The notes under the pieces are model-generated. The model did not search any database and was not told the origin of the DNA. It saw nothing but the letters and a program-made list of their open reading frames with translations. 64,000 bases of DNA, from assembly GCA_963701295.1 (NCBI GenBank), contig OY969585.1, forward strand, positions 2,144,001 through 2,208,000, written 5' to 3'. This DNA comes from Ignavibacteriota bacterium (lineage in GTDB: Bacteria; Bacteroidota; Ignavibacteria; UBA10030). The stretch's first letter is position 1. Each line of letters starts with the position of its first letter. Of this stretch, positions 31,053 through 41,489 are shown in pieces. The position numbers were made by a program, and so were the translations under genes.

Positions 31053-32609
31053 TTAATGCCTTCGCCGGTGAGCTCCTGCGTGTTCTTCCTTTCCAGAAGA
31101 ATGGCGCAGCGGGAGTTCTGGTATGGGAGCCATTAAATGTTCATCCGGATAGGTGCATTTGATTTTTTTGCCTAAAAATTCTTCCAGCTTCACTAGTTCA
31201 TATGCGTCATCTTCATCAGCAAAGTTGATGGAAATACCGTTAGCTCCGGCGCGTCCGGTACGTCCTATTCGGTGTACATACTCTTCCACATCCTGCGGCA
31301 TATTGTAATTGATGACATGGGAGATGCCTTCGATGTGCAGTCCGCGTGATGCAACATCCGTGGCAACCAAAACACGAACCTTCCCTTCACGAAATCGCTC
31401 TAAGCGGCGGATACGTTGCGATTGTTCCACGTCGCCGGAAAGAAGCGCACAACTGACGCCATAGGTCTCGAGCAGCTCTTTCACACGGCGGGCTTCATCC
31501 CGGCGGTTGACAAACATCAATACACGGTCGAGGTGTTTTTGCATAATAACATTGTAGACGAGTGCAGCCTTTTGATTATAGGTGGTGATGTACGTGATCT
31601 GTTCAACACTCTCCACTGCGATTTTGTCTGGCATGATATTCACTTCGAACGCCTGCCGTGTCCATGTTTCAGCTAGCCGCTTGACATCGGATGACATGGT
31701 CGCTGAAAAGAACATGGTTTGCCGCCTTGCCTTCGGTGGTGTATCCAGCACAATGGAACGAACAGCATCTATGAAACCCATATCAAGCATACGGTCTGCT
31801 TCATCGAGGATAAGGATTTCCACTTTGCCGAGGTCCACGAGTCTTTTCTGTTTGAAATCAATTAGGCGGCCGGGTGTGCAGATGAGAATGTCGCACGGTT
31901 CGCTTTTTAGCACTCTCTCCTGTTTTGAATAATCCATGCCGCCGAGAATTGCCAGAATGCTGCATGGGACATATTTGCCGAGTCCGCGTGCATCTCTTTC
32001 AATCTGCATTACGAGTTCACGTGTTGGTGCCAGGATCAACGCTCTGGGAGTACCGTGATGCCGTTTCCCTTCGATGGGATGTTTCAGAAAGTGATTGAAG
32101 ATGGTAATGAGATATGCAGCAGTTTTTCCTGTTCCGGTCTGCGCCTGTGCGGTTACATCTTCACCTATCAGTGACTTCGCAAGGGTTTCTGCTTGTACGG
32201 GGGTACAATAGTGAAATGCGAGATCGTATATCGCGTGCATGATCTCGTTCGGAAGTTTGAAATCGTGAAACCGTGTTTTTCCGTCGACGACAGGGACTTT
32301 AAACATCGAACTATTCCACGCCTCTGTCGGCACAACTGACGGCGGAGAAGGTGTGCGCTGAGCAAGTTTTGCCCTTCGTGCAGCGTATTCAGCGCGTGTT
32401 TCGCGTTTTCGAATATCGCGCGGATGGTGCGTGCCTGACGGCTTGTTGTGTGAGAATCCTTTATGTTCAAGAGATGATGGCTTCGGTTCTCTCATGGTTG
32501 TTGTGGCCGGCGGCGGGAGAGGCTTTACGAACATGCCTCTGATTCTTGTGACGATTTTTCTTAACACTGAAACGTTATCCTTAAAAAAAAATTGTAATTT
32601 CTCTTTCAA
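31053..32609 (-). CDS. DEAD-box RNA helicase (RhlB-like)
   Basis: AQTGTGKT, PTREL, DEAD, SAT, HRIGRTGRAG. Confidence 0.93.
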   Translation of the reverse strand: MKEKLQFFFKDNVSVLRKIVTRIRGMFVKPLPPPATTTMREPKPSSLEHKGFSHNKPSGTHHPRDIRKRETRAEYAARRAKLAQRTPSPPSVVPTEAWNSSMFKVPVVDGKTRFHDFKLPNEIMHAIYDLAFHYCTPVQAETLAKSLIGEDVTAQAQTGTGKTAAYLITIFNHFLKHPIEGKRHHGTPRALILAPTRELVMQIERDARGLGKYVPCSILAILGGMDYSKQERVLKSEPCDILICTPGRLIDFKQKRLVDLGKVEILILDEADRMLDMGFIDAVRSIVLDTPPKARRQTMFFSATMSSDVKRLAETWTRQAFEVNIMPDKIAVESVEQITYITTYNQKAALVYNVIMQKHLDRVLMFVNRRDEARRVKELLETYGVSCALLSGDVEQSQRIRRLERFREGKVRVLVATDVASRGLHIEGISHVINYNMPQDVEEYVHRIGRTGRAGANGISINFADEDDAYELVKLEEFLGKKIKCTYPDEHLMAPIPELPLRHSSGKEEHAGAHRRRH

Positions 32610-32791
32610 TATACAAAAAAGAGAGTGAGGAGTGGACGGAAATTTGGTAAAAGTTTAAAAAGGCAAAAAACTACAGAGCCAAGATTACGAAAGAGAGATA
32701 TGGAGAAATATCTGTCTATCATGCGAAGCGAGATAGATGAGATGTATTCTTTGGATGCGATTCTCCATCGCCTCATCAAGCTGTATTCTCG

Positions 32792-33709
32792 TTACCACCG
32801 AAAGAAATGGAACGGGCGCTTTATGAGTTTATCTGTTAATTGCTGCATATTCTGTTCGACTGTACGTTCTCCAGCGTACACGCATTGATCAACGCGGTGG
32901 AATTCGTTCCAATCGATTTCCGCTACATAAGGCTTAAGGATTATATCCGCTTGTTGTAGATGGAGATCATTCAGTTTACGGGTCGTCACTTCACTCGCAC
33001 GGATCACGATCTCGTACCCGTGCCGATGATTTTCAAAACTACCGAGGGACCGACGCACATCGACAGCGATGATGGGATCTTTTGACAGCGAGGAAGCCGC
33101 TGGCACAGGAACAGTACTTGTGACCGTTCCATCAATGAAAAGCCGTGAACCCGTTGCAAGAGGAGCGACGATACCCGGAACTGCGGAACTTGCTGCAACT
33201 GCAGTAATAATGGAACCTGACGTAATTACGTGTTCTTCACCGTTCACAAGATCACTTGTCACAGCAGCAAAGCGAAGAGATACATCGCGAATATCCCCTT
33301 CTTCCAGGAGCATATTCAATGCCTGAAGTAATGTTATTTGTGCAAATGTTCCATTTCCGAACACGGATCTCGATAAAAAATACCTTTGCCGCAAATGCGC
33401 AGCAAATTGTTCCCACACCGAGTGAGAACTCTCATGATCGGTGTCCGAAAACTGTTCCAACCCAATCCGTTTGAAAAAATCTCCCTGCAGAAAATTTCTT
33501 ATCTTTTCTTCAACAGCTTCTGCACTGCGTAGTTGTGAGTACATTCCCCCGACGACTGCCCCCATACTGGTGCCGACAATCAATGATGGTATAAGATCGA
33601 TCTTCTCAAGAGCCTTGAGAACTCCGATATGAGCCAATCCTCGTGCTCCACCTCCGCCCAGAACCAGAGTGAAAGGAATAACTTTCTTGCCTCTTTGATT
33701 TCGCTGCAT
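32792..33709 (-). CDS. Patatin-like phospholipase
   Basis: GGGGARG, GTSMG, FIDG. Confidence 0.92.
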   Translation of the reverse strand: MQRNQRGKKVIPFTLVLGGGGARGLAHIGVLKALEKIDLIPSLIVGTSMGAVVGGMYSQLRSAEAVEEKIRNFLQGDFFKRIGLEQFSDTDHESSHSVWEQFAAHLRQRYFLSRSVFGNGTFAQITLLQALNMLLEEGDIRDVSLRFAAVTSDLVNGEEHVITSGSIITAVAASSAVPGIVAPLATGSRLFIDGTVTSTVPVPAASSLSKDPIIAVDVRRSLGSFENHRHGYEIVIRASEVTTRKLNDLHLQQADIILKPYVAEIDWNEFHRVDQCVYAGERTVEQNMQQLTDKLIKRPFHFFRW

Positions 33710-34077
33710 TATTCCACCATCAATTCATGCACATTACCGGATCTATTAATAATAATGTATTAGGAACGAAGTTATATGAAAGAAAAGTGAGGCGCAAGAG
33801 GTTTTTGCTCAATCGAATGAGGTGCACAGGTAATTTATCTTCTCACTTTTTCGTCATTTCTCTTTTTTATTTTTCATAGGTATTCTCTCGCTCTTGCTTT
33901 CACTAAATAAAACTAATACATTTTTTTGTTCCATTAAGTATTCTAAGCTCTATTGCAGTGCATATATTCCTTTTCATCGGAAGAGAGGATTAGATGTACC
34001 TTGAAATATATTGACACCGAGCAGGGGTTCAAGGTTGTTAAAATTCGAAAGTGGGGTTTTAAAAAGAAAGGAATGAA

Positions 34078-34983
34078 GTGGATATCACATCTCTCAACAA
34101 AAAGTTTGGAATAGCAGGCAAACTAGAATTCGCATCGGGGCAAGGTGGACTTCCGATAGCAATAATTACAAATGCATTTGCCAAAGCATCTGTTGCGATC
34201 TACGGGGCGCATGTGCTCAGCTATCGGCCAAAAGGTCAAGAGGAAGTGCTGTGGATGAGCAGTCTCAGCACATTTGAAGAAGGCAATCCTATCCGCGGAG
34301 GAATTCCTGTTTGTTTTCCCTGGTTCGGTCCGCATGGTTCCGATTCGAAAAAACCGCAGCATGGATTTGCACGGCTGCAGATGTGGAAAGTTGCAGAAAC
34401 AGCCGATTTGCCAGGAAGTGAAACACGGTTACGTTTGACCTTGCGCCAGAATCAGAAATTAAAAGCTCTATGGAAATATTCTTTTCTTGCAGAGATGATT
34501 ATTACTGTTGGAGCTTCGCTGAGTGTAACATTCCGCTGCACGAATACCGGTACGGAACAGTTAAGCTATACCGGTGCACTTCATTCGTATTATTCCGTTA
34601 GCGATATAGCGAATGTAAAAATCAAAGGGCTCGGCGGCAGTCGTTATTATGACGGTATGAAGGCGACTGTTCCATCAATTCAAGAAGAAGATAATTTGGT
34701 AATTCAGAAAGAAGAGAACCGCCGCTATATCAATACGACTTCAGATTGCATCATTGAGGATTCAGGGTTATCACGGAAGATTCGCGTAGGAAAAACGGGG
34801 AGCCGAGTTACCGTCGTCTGGAATCCTGGAGCAGAGATGGCGAAGAAGATCGCCGATATGCCGGATGACGGATATAAGGCCATGGTTTGTGTCGAAGCGG
34901 CCAATGCGTATGATGATATCGCTATTGTTCAGCCAAAGGGAAGCTGTACTCTTTCTACCAGTATAGCAGTTGAAGCATATTAA
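34078..34983 (+). CDS. D-hexose-6-phosphate mutarotase (YeaD-like)
   Basis: IRGGIPVCFPWFG, HGFAR, ALHSY, VVWNP, MVCVE. Confidence 0.93.
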   Translation: MDITSLNKKFGIAGKLEFASGQGGLPIAIITNAFAKASVAIYGAHVLSYRPKGQEEVLWMSSLSTFEEGNPIRGGIPVCFPWFGPHGSDSKKPQHGFARLQMWKVAETADLPGSETRLRLTLRQNQKLKALWKYSFLAEMIITVGASLSVTFRCTNTGTEQLSYTGALHSYYSVSDIANVKIKGLGGSRYYDGMKATVPSIQEEDNLVIQKEENRRYINTTSDCIIEDSGLSRKIRVGKTGSRVTVVWNPGAEMAKKIADMPDDGYKAMVCVEAANAYDDIAIVQPKGSCTLSTSIAVEAY

Positions 34984-35052
34984 TTATTTTACTCACATTA
35001 TGCATAAAATGAAGAACGGCAATCAGCAGAGTTCATTTTCAAAGAAACTTAG

Positions 35053-35098
35053 ACCACCCCATACCCCCTCCTTGCCAAGGAGGGGAGTAAGGGGAGGT
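35053..35098. repeat. Nested palindrome of the DUF559-associated family
   Basis: ACCACCCC..CCCCTCCTTG-C-CAAGGAGGGG..GGGGAGGT; same layout as at 40659 and 41258. Confidence 0.75.
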
Positions 35099-35190
35099 GA
35101 ATTGAATAATTTCTTACGATCATCTGTAAAGTTAGGCTTTTTGCGTAACATCAGTTATTTTATATAATCATTTTCAAAAATGGAGTTATT

Positions 35191-35493
35191 ATGAAGACAA
35201 GTACACTTGTTCTTTTTTTTCTTATCGGAATGATCGTCGTAACAATGACAGCATGTGTGCCCGGCGGAGGAGAGTTCCACAGAGACAACCCTGCCGGACT
35301 GTTTTTCGGAATATGGCACGGCTGGATCGCACCAATATCGTTGATTATCAGTTTTTTCAATCCATCGATCAGAATTTATGAAGTGAATAATACGGGGTTT
35401 TGGTATGACTTTGGTTTCTATATGGCAATTATAAGCGGGTTCGGTGGCTTATCCCTGACGCGAAAGAAGTGGAAATCAGATCGTAAAGATTAA
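35191..35493 (+). CDS. Small membrane lipoprotein, hypothetical
   Basis: GGAG RBS, lipobox-like MTAC, PAGLFFGIWHGWIAP, WYDFGF. Confidence 0.8.
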   Translation: MKTSTLVLFFLIGMIVVTMTACVPGGGEFHRDNPAGLFFGIWHGWIAPISLIISFFNPSIRIYEVNNTGFWYDFGFYMAIISGFGGLSLTRKKWKSDRKD

Positions 35494-35641
35494 AAGGCAT
35501 GCATGAGCTATAAGAGTATGAGGCGTATCATTGATGCTGACAATAGTCAGTGACTCAGATATTCAGGATTATATTTGAAAAGTAAAGATTTTTTTGTAAT
35601 GTCTTCTTTCTATCAACCATTTTGATAAGGACATACCAACT

Positions 35642-36796
35642 ATGGAATTATTTCATATTGCTGCGAAGCAGGTTCTCACTGCTTCATTAATTATATTCAT
35701 GACAACATTTTGTTTTGGTCAACAGAAAACACATAACCCATCCGGCTTTGAAATCAAACGAGGTGTAAATCTGAGCCATTGGCTGTCACAAAACTTCGGA
35801 TGGTCTCCCAAAACAACATTTATCACCGAAAAGGACATTCAATTCATCGGCAGTATAGGCTACGATCACGTGCGAATACCTGTGGACGAAGCTGAAATGT
35901 GGGACAATGATGGCAAACCGTCGGATGAATCATTTGCATATCTTACTCATTGTCTCGATTGGTGCGCAAAGTACAACTTGAGAGCAGTAGTAGATCTCCA
36001 TATTCTCAAAGCGCATTATTTTAATGCAATGAACGAGGGGAGAACAAACACTCTATGGACAGACTCTGCAGCACAAGATAATTTTATCAAACTTTGGAAT
36101 GAAATTTCAAATCGTCTGAAAAAGTATCCTGTATCCATGGTTGCTTATGAGCCGATGAATGAACCTGTAGCCGAGAACCATGATGACTGGAACAAGTTGA
36201 TTTATAAAGCAGTAAAAGCACTGCGCAAGCTTGAACCCAATCGTGTTCTTATTATAGGTTCAAATAGGTGGCAAATACCCGGCACATTTCCATATTTAAA
36301 AGTACCCGAAAACGATAAAAATATTATCCTGAGCATGCATACTTACTCACCACTGGTTTTTACACATCATTTAGCAAACTGGACGCCGTTAAAAGATTAC
36401 AAAGGTCCAGTACATTATCCCGGACAGATTGTTACCAATGCCGATTATGAAAAATATGTCGATACAAACAACGCGGCCTTAGTACAATCGATGGTTCAAT
36501 CGAAGGAAATATATAACAAGAAGAGACTTACTGATGAATTGTTGCCGGCAATACGAAAAGCTAAGGAACTTAACCTTCAGCTGTACTGCGGTGAGTTTGG
36601 CTGTCTTCCCCATGTCGATCGGACCGACAGGATGAAATATTATGAAGATATTGTTTCGGCGTTCGAAGAGAATAATATTGCCTGGTGCAACTGGGAATAT
36701 AAGGGTGATTTCGGAATATATGCGTTTGACTTCGAGAAACTAGTATCTCTCTCGCCTGATAGCGGATTTATCGATGTTTTAATGCATAAGAAATAA
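35642..36796 (+). CDS. Glycoside hydrolase family 5
   Basis: HVRIP, VVDLH, acid/base YEPMNEP, nucleophile YCGEFG. Confidence 0.92.
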   Translation: MELFHIAAKQVLTASLIIFMTTFCFGQQKTHNPSGFEIKRGVNLSHWLSQNFGWSPKTTFITEKDIQFIGSIGYDHVRIPVDEAEMWDNDGKPSDESFAYLTHCLDWCAKYNLRAVVDLHILKAHYFNAMNEGRTNTLWTDSAAQDNFIKLWNEISNRLKKYPVSMVAYEPMNEPVAENHDDWNKLIYKAVKALRKLEPNRVLIIGSNRWQIPGTFPYLKVPENDKNIILSMHTYSPLVFTHHLANWTPLKDYKGPVHYPGQIVTNADYEKYVDTNNAALVQSMVQSKEIYNKKRLTDELLPAIRKAKELNLQLYCGEFGCLPHVDRTDRMKYYEDIVSAFEENNIAWCNWEYKGDFGIYAFDFEKLVSLSPDSGFIDVLMHKK

Positions 36797-36922
36797 TAAA
36801 GTACCTTGTTAGCAAATCCTATCTTTATCTGGCTTGAGGCTTTTCTTAGACTTTTTACGAAAATAGGTTTTGTGTTCAATCAATCGGGGCAAGAGTTCAC
36901 ATCTAAAAAGATAAAATGATTT

Positions 36923-37008
36923 GCAAGGGCACGAAATATTGTGCCTTAATCACGGCAGGGGCGAATCCCTCTATCCGCTCAGGATGTGCGGGTAATTGCA
37001 TTCGCCCC
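36923..37008. repeat. Degenerate REP-like palindromes
   Basis: GGCAC..GTGCC and GCAGGGGCGAAT...ATTCGCCCC. Confidence 0.45.
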
Positions 37009-37072
37009 ATTTGAGATATTCAAAGTTTTTGTATGTTGTTATCGGTATGATCTGAAAAGAAGTGAAAATATC

Positions 37073-39286
37073 TCACCATACACCTTCCACGCTCAAGTAA
37101 TAAGTCCGTACCGGTGCCAGATTACCGATCAACTCCACGTAATAGTAGTTGGTCAGATTCTTCACCGTCAATCCGATGGTGATCGGCAGGCCCGTGTTGA
37201 TAAGATTATATGTTACGCCGACATCCACAACTTTACAGGCAACACGCTGGTCTCCATCAATAATAGGGGCAAGACGAACAAGGTTTTCATCAATCGCTTC
37301 CACTCTGCTCACAAAGCGAAAATTCACTTCTGTTCGCCACTGACGGTAGTTTGCGGCCAGCGACGCATAGAATAAATGCCGCGAGCGGAATTTGAGTACC
37401 GTGTTCTGGTTGAGATCGACAGGATCTGTGTAGGTGTAGCTGAAGTCCGTAGCCAGAAATCGGTCGAACCAGTCTGTTTTGATTCCCAATTCCATGCCCC
37501 GAATTCTCGCTCGCGTTATGTTGCTGAAAAGTATCTCCAACTGATTCGGATTGACACCTGCTTCAATAAGATCGTAGTAATCACTTTGAAAGAGTGCCAG
37601 GTCGAGAAAGACTCGGTCACTTAACCATTGAGAACCGCCCATCTCAAATGAAACACTGCGCTCCGGTCTTAAGCTGTCGTTTGGAACGATTTTGATCTGG
37701 CTGACTCCCGTAGAAACAGATGTAAAAAGCTCACTGATGGATGGATAACGAAATCCTTCGCCGTAGGATGCCCGAAGAGTTGTTATCGGGCCCGGGGTGA
37801 AAACCAATCCTATTTTTGGATTGAACTGAGACGGGGAAGAGGCGGCTGGAGATGCGAAGATCTCTTTCCATATTCTTTCCCAATTGTACCTTATTCCCGC
37901 TGTCAATTTGAGTGATTGAAATGGCGTAAACTCATCCTGGATGTAGAAAGCAGCTCCGACGCCGGGATGGGATCCGAAAATATCTGAAATGACACGGTCA
38001 TAATTCGCAACGAGGCCGAACGTAAGAAATTGGGCGGACGAAGTTGTATATGTCCCCTGCGCTTCCAATTGAGTGAAGTGTGCTGCCGAAGTGTTATTGA
38101 CGCGCCCGGAACTATCGTCTTGCCAGAAATTGCCGAAGTAGATTGCTTTCAACGAGTAAAAAAATTGATCGGATAAAATATTTTTATAGGCGAGACTCAC
38201 ATTACCTCGTGCTGAATTCACTTCGCCGTTCAATTGTGCGTCTGCAGGGCGGGTCGGCTCATTCAGACTTTGCCACCAGAAGAAATTGCCGTGCTTACGC
38301 CACTGGAGGTTGGTCATGAGTGTTAAGTTCTGAGATTGCGAAAAATTATAATTGAGTTTCGAGTAAATGCCCCAGCGATGGTACACGTCGTTCACACGAT
38401 AGCTATCGTCTACTGACCGGGAGGCACTTATGAGGTATCCGAAAGAACCGACACGGTTTGAGTAACTGAAGAATCCTCCAGTGTTAAAACGCGGGTTGGA
38501 AGACCAATCCCATCCGGAGTAGATTGGTTTATCGTAGATGCCGGAGAAAAAGCGAAACCGGATCTCGGGTGTTTCGCCGATTTCTTTTGTAATGACATTG
38601 ATGACACCGCCAAGCGCACTCGACCCATACAGCGCGGAACCGGCACCTTTTACAACTTCGATTCGATCGATTTGAAACATTGGAAATGTTTCCCAATTTA
38701 TTTCACCGGTGTCGCCTGTGATGTACGGAAGCCCGTCAATGAGAACAAGTACACGGCTTCCGACGCCTCTGCTGTAACCGGTTGAACCGCGGATATTCAC
38801 TTGATCCGACATCATATTGACACCCGGGACATAGCGAAGCGCATCGTCGAGCGTCACGGAGAGACGATCGGCAATCATTTTGGATGTCACGGTCGAGACA
38901 CTTACAGGAACATCCCGCAAGCTTTGTTCTCGCCGGCTCGCTGTGACAATGACTTGTTCTGTCTGAATGGGAGCTTGTACAAGCGATACATCAAGATGCA
39001 GTACTGTATCGGGTTGAATCGAAATTTGATGGATCGTCTGTGTTGTATACCCGATAAGCGAAAAAGAAATGTCGAACGTTCCGGCTGGAACTCTCCTCAG
39101 CAGATATTTTCCGTGGGCATCTGTCGTTGTACCGCGAACGGTTTCGCGCAGAAGAACATTGACACCGGCAAGCAGCTCTTGTGTTTTCGCATCTGATACG
39201 ATTCCCATAATGGAACCGGCGTTTGGCTGAGCATTCGAAACGTGAAGGAGGAAGACAAGAGCAATATAGAGAAGAGAGTTTCTCAA
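37073..39286 (-). CDS. TonB-dependent receptor
   Basis: VIVTASR, plug IRG..IDG, RIEVVKGAGSALYGSSALGGVINVITK, C-terminal W. Confidence 0.95.
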   Translation of the reverse strand: MRNSLLYIALVFLLHVSNAQPNAGSIMGIVSDAKTQELLAGVNVLLRETVRGTTTDAHGKYLLRRVPAGTFDISFSLIGYTTQTIHQISIQPDTVLHLDVSLVQAPIQTEQVIVTASRREQSLRDVPVSVSTVTSKMIADRLSVTLDDALRYVPGVNMMSDQVNIRGSTGYSRGVGSRVLVLIDGLPYITGDTGEINWETFPMFQIDRIEVVKGAGSALYGSSALGGVINVITKEIGETPEIRFRFFSGIYDKPIYSGWDWSSNPRFNTGGFFSYSNRVGSFGYLISASRSVDDSYRVNDVYHRWGIYSKLNYNFSQSQNLTLMTNLQWRKHGNFFWWQSLNEPTRPADAQLNGEVNSARGNVSLAYKNILSDQFFYSLKAIYFGNFWQDDSSGRVNNTSAAHFTQLEAQGTYTTSSAQFLTFGLVANYDRVISDIFGSHPGVGAAFYIQDEFTPFQSLKLTAGIRYNWERIWKEIFASPAASSPSQFNPKIGLVFTPGPITTLRASYGEGFRYPSISELFTSVSTGVSQIKIVPNDSLRPERSVSFEMGGSQWLSDRVFLDLALFQSDYYDLIEAGVNPNQLEILFSNITRARIRGMELGIKTDWFDRFLATDFSYTYTDPVDLNQNTVLKFRSRHLFYASLAANYRQWRTEVNFRFVSRVEAIDENLVRLAPIIDGDQRVACKVVDVGVTYNLINTGLPITIGLTVKNLTNYYYVELIGNLAPVRTYYLSVEGVW

Positions 39287-39786
39287 AATGGCTGTGGTGG
39301 AGGATTTTGAAAGTCAACGTCGATGTCGATCCCTTTCACCTGATAGTTGTCATTCACTATAACAATGCCGGGTTTTGAAGAATCTGTTGAATCCTTGTAG
39401 AATCCGACGACTCGGAATACTCGTATGCCGCGATGTATCAAATTGAGACTAACTTGTTGAATGACGCCGATATATTTGTACGTCCCGGAATGCAAAGGAA
39501 ATGAATACGAAAGCGAGTCGACGTAAAAGGGGAGAGTTCCGCTTAAGCTTGGATACACAAAGATTGTACTCGGACTTGCAAACAAACCTGAATAGACCTT
39601 TGCAGAATCGAGCGGGTAAATTTGCGAAGCAAAAATCCAGAGATTAATAAGGCTATCCGTTGGCCACGAGCCGGGGGTAAAGTGTACAGTACCGCTAAAT
39701 CCAAATTCCATCGGAGGTGGCGGCGCGAGCCCGCCGTCACAGGCCGCGAGCATCACACAAAGGATCGTTAGGACGAGGTACCTCAT
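39283..39786 (-). CDS. Lipoprotein co-transcribed with the TonB receptor
   Basis: MRYLVLTILCVMLAAC lipobox; 4-bp overlap with the receptor. Confidence 0.8.
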   Translation of the reverse strand: MRYLVLTILCVMLAACDGGLAPPPPMEFGFSGTVHFTPGSWPTDSLINLWIFASQIYPLDSAKVYSGLFASPSTIFVYPSLSGTLPFYVDSLSYSFPLHSGTYKYIGVIQQVSLNLIHRGIRVFRVVGFYKDSTDSSKPGIVIVNDNYQVKGIDIDVDFQNPPPQPF

Positions 39787-39922
39787 AACTCTCACGAGAA
39801 TAGTACACATTGGAATATTAACATGCAATATAGTATGAACGGTTGGTTCTTTTCCTCTTGCTCTTGCTTTCCCGCTGGAAAATAGATAGATTTTTCCAAA
39901 GTTTTAGCAGTAGTACGCACCA

Positions 39923-40303
39923 ATGAAAACAATAAACCAACCCCACCGAAGATCCATTCGTTTAAAAGAATACGATTATTCCCAGCCCGGAGAATATTTT
40001 GTAACCATTTGTACTCACGATCATAAATGCACATTAGGAGAAATTATAAACGGTGAAATGCAGTTGAATGAAATCGGAAAGATTGCAGAAGAAGAATGGT
40101 TACGAACAGCAATTATTCGTCCTGATATTCAATTGGATTTATATGTTATCATGCCGAATCACATTCACGGAATTATCGTTCTGAATGAAGGTAGGGGCAC
40201 GTTGCAATCCGATATACCTGTAGTGGCGAATTGCTATTCGCCCCAGGAGAAAGCACATAACAATCTAATCAACAACAGGGCGTATATCGATACGCCCCTT
40301 TAA
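39923..40303 (+). pseudogene. Truncated REP-associated tyrosine transposase (RAYT, Y1 HUH)
   Basis: RRSIRLKEYDYS..EYFVTICT, HUH motif MPNHIHGII; the C-terminal half with the catalytic Tyr is missing. Confidence 0.88.
40191..40299 (+). repeat. REP cluster inside the RAYT
   Basis: GTAGGGGCACGTTGCAA (half), GTAGTGGCGAATTGCTATTCGCCCC, GGGCGTAT-ATCG-ATACGCCC. Confidence 0.75.
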
Positions 40304-40695
40304 GGTACCAACTTGGCACCTTAAAGAGAGGCGAACATTCCAAATACCTCCCATTTGCTTTTACAGAGCAAGGTATTGCGATGCTTTCCGGTGTATTAGG
40401 CAGTCCACGCGCCGTACAAGTAAATATTGCGATCATGAGATCGTTTGTAAAATTACGGCAGGTATTAGCGACGCACAAAGATCTAGTACGGAAGCTGGAA
40501 GAAATGGAAAAGAAATACGACGCACAATTTCAGATAGTTTTTGATGCGATCAGGCAGGTTCTTGCTCCTCCTGAAAAACCCAGACGCGAGATCGGATTTC
40601 GGGTAAAAGAACCTATTGTACGATACAAAACGAGAAAGAACCAAAAAATGATGATTCGACCACCCCAGTCCTGCGGACTTCCCCTCCTCACTTGA
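40300..40695 (+). pseudogene. 5'-truncated ORF6N-type DNA-binding protein
   Basis: In-frame [47 protein letters not shown]; N-terminus absent. Confidence 0.85.
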
Positions 40696-40808
40696 GGAGG
40701 GGTGTAGGGGTGGTGACTTTACTGCAATGAGTTCTTGCCCTCCCATAGTAAAACAAGTATATTTAAGGTAAGAAAAATCCCGCACCAGCCGTAATTACCA
40801 CAGGGGAT
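40656..40808 (+). repeat. Direct repeat copy 1 (palindrome + promoter + 42-nt conserved block)
   Basis: CCCCTCCTCA-CT-TGAGGAGGGG, TTGCCC-N17-TATATT; aligns with 41255-41399. Confidence 0.9.
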
Positions 40809-40858
40809 TTCTTTTTCTTTATCGCAATGCGCCAAATAATTAATTCGGAACTTTAACG

Positions 40859-41230
40859 ATGGGAATTATTTATAATCGTCCGAGACAAAAGCGATTACGA
40901 CAACATCTGAGAAACACTGCATCTGAAGCGGAGCGGCTGCTTTGGAGTTCATTAAAGGGGAGCCAAATGCTAGGATATAAATTTCGCAGTCAGCAAGGTA
41001 TCGAACAATATGTTGTAGATTTTTATTGTCCCGCAAAAAAAGTTGCTATCGAGATTGATGGAGAGACACATTGGACTGATCAGGAACAAAAAAGAGACCG
41101 TGAGAGGCAATGCTATATCGAAGCATTGGGTATTCGGGTACTGAGATTTACAAATGACGATGTTTATACAAATAAAGACGGTGTATTGAATACGATCTTT
41201 GCAGTCTTAGAAGGACAAGAAGAGGAATGA
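40859..41230 (+). CDS. DUF559/Vsr-like endonuclease-domain protein
   Basis: LRN..SEAERLLW, YKFRSQ..I..YVVDFYC, IEIDGETH, GIRVLRFTN. Confidence 0.92.
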   Translation: MGIIYNRPRQKRLRQHLRNTASEAERLLWSSLKGSQMLGYKFRSQQGIEQYVVDFYCPAKKVAIEIDGETHWTDQEQKRDRERQCYIEALGIRVLRFTNDDVYTNKDGVLNTIFAVLEGQEEE

Positions 41231-41254
41231 ATAGCGTTGAGATATTTCCATTTA

Positions 41255-41399
41255 TCGACCACCCCTTTCTCCCCTCCTCATATGAGGAGGGGTGTGGGGG
41301 TGGTGGCTTCAGCGAAAAACATCTCTTGCCCTCCGATGCGGAATATGATATATTTATGGTAAGAAAAATCCCGAACCAGCCATAATTACCACAGGGGAT
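41255..41399 (+). repeat. Direct repeat copy 2
   Basis: CCCCTCCTCA-TA-TGAGGAGGGG, TTGCCC-N17-TATATT; 40/42 identity of the 3' block with copy 1. Confidence 0.9.
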
Positions 41400-41440
41400 C
41401 GCCGATGACAATTCTTGAAAAAATAAAAATTATTGCTTTT

Positions 41441-41468
41441 GTAGGGACGCACAGCCGTGCGTCCCTAC
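41441..41468. repeat. Perfect GTAG REP
   Basis: GTAGGGACGCAC-AGCC-GTGCGTCCCTAC. Confidence 0.85.
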
Positions 41469-41489
41469 GGGTGACATTCATGCCAATGA

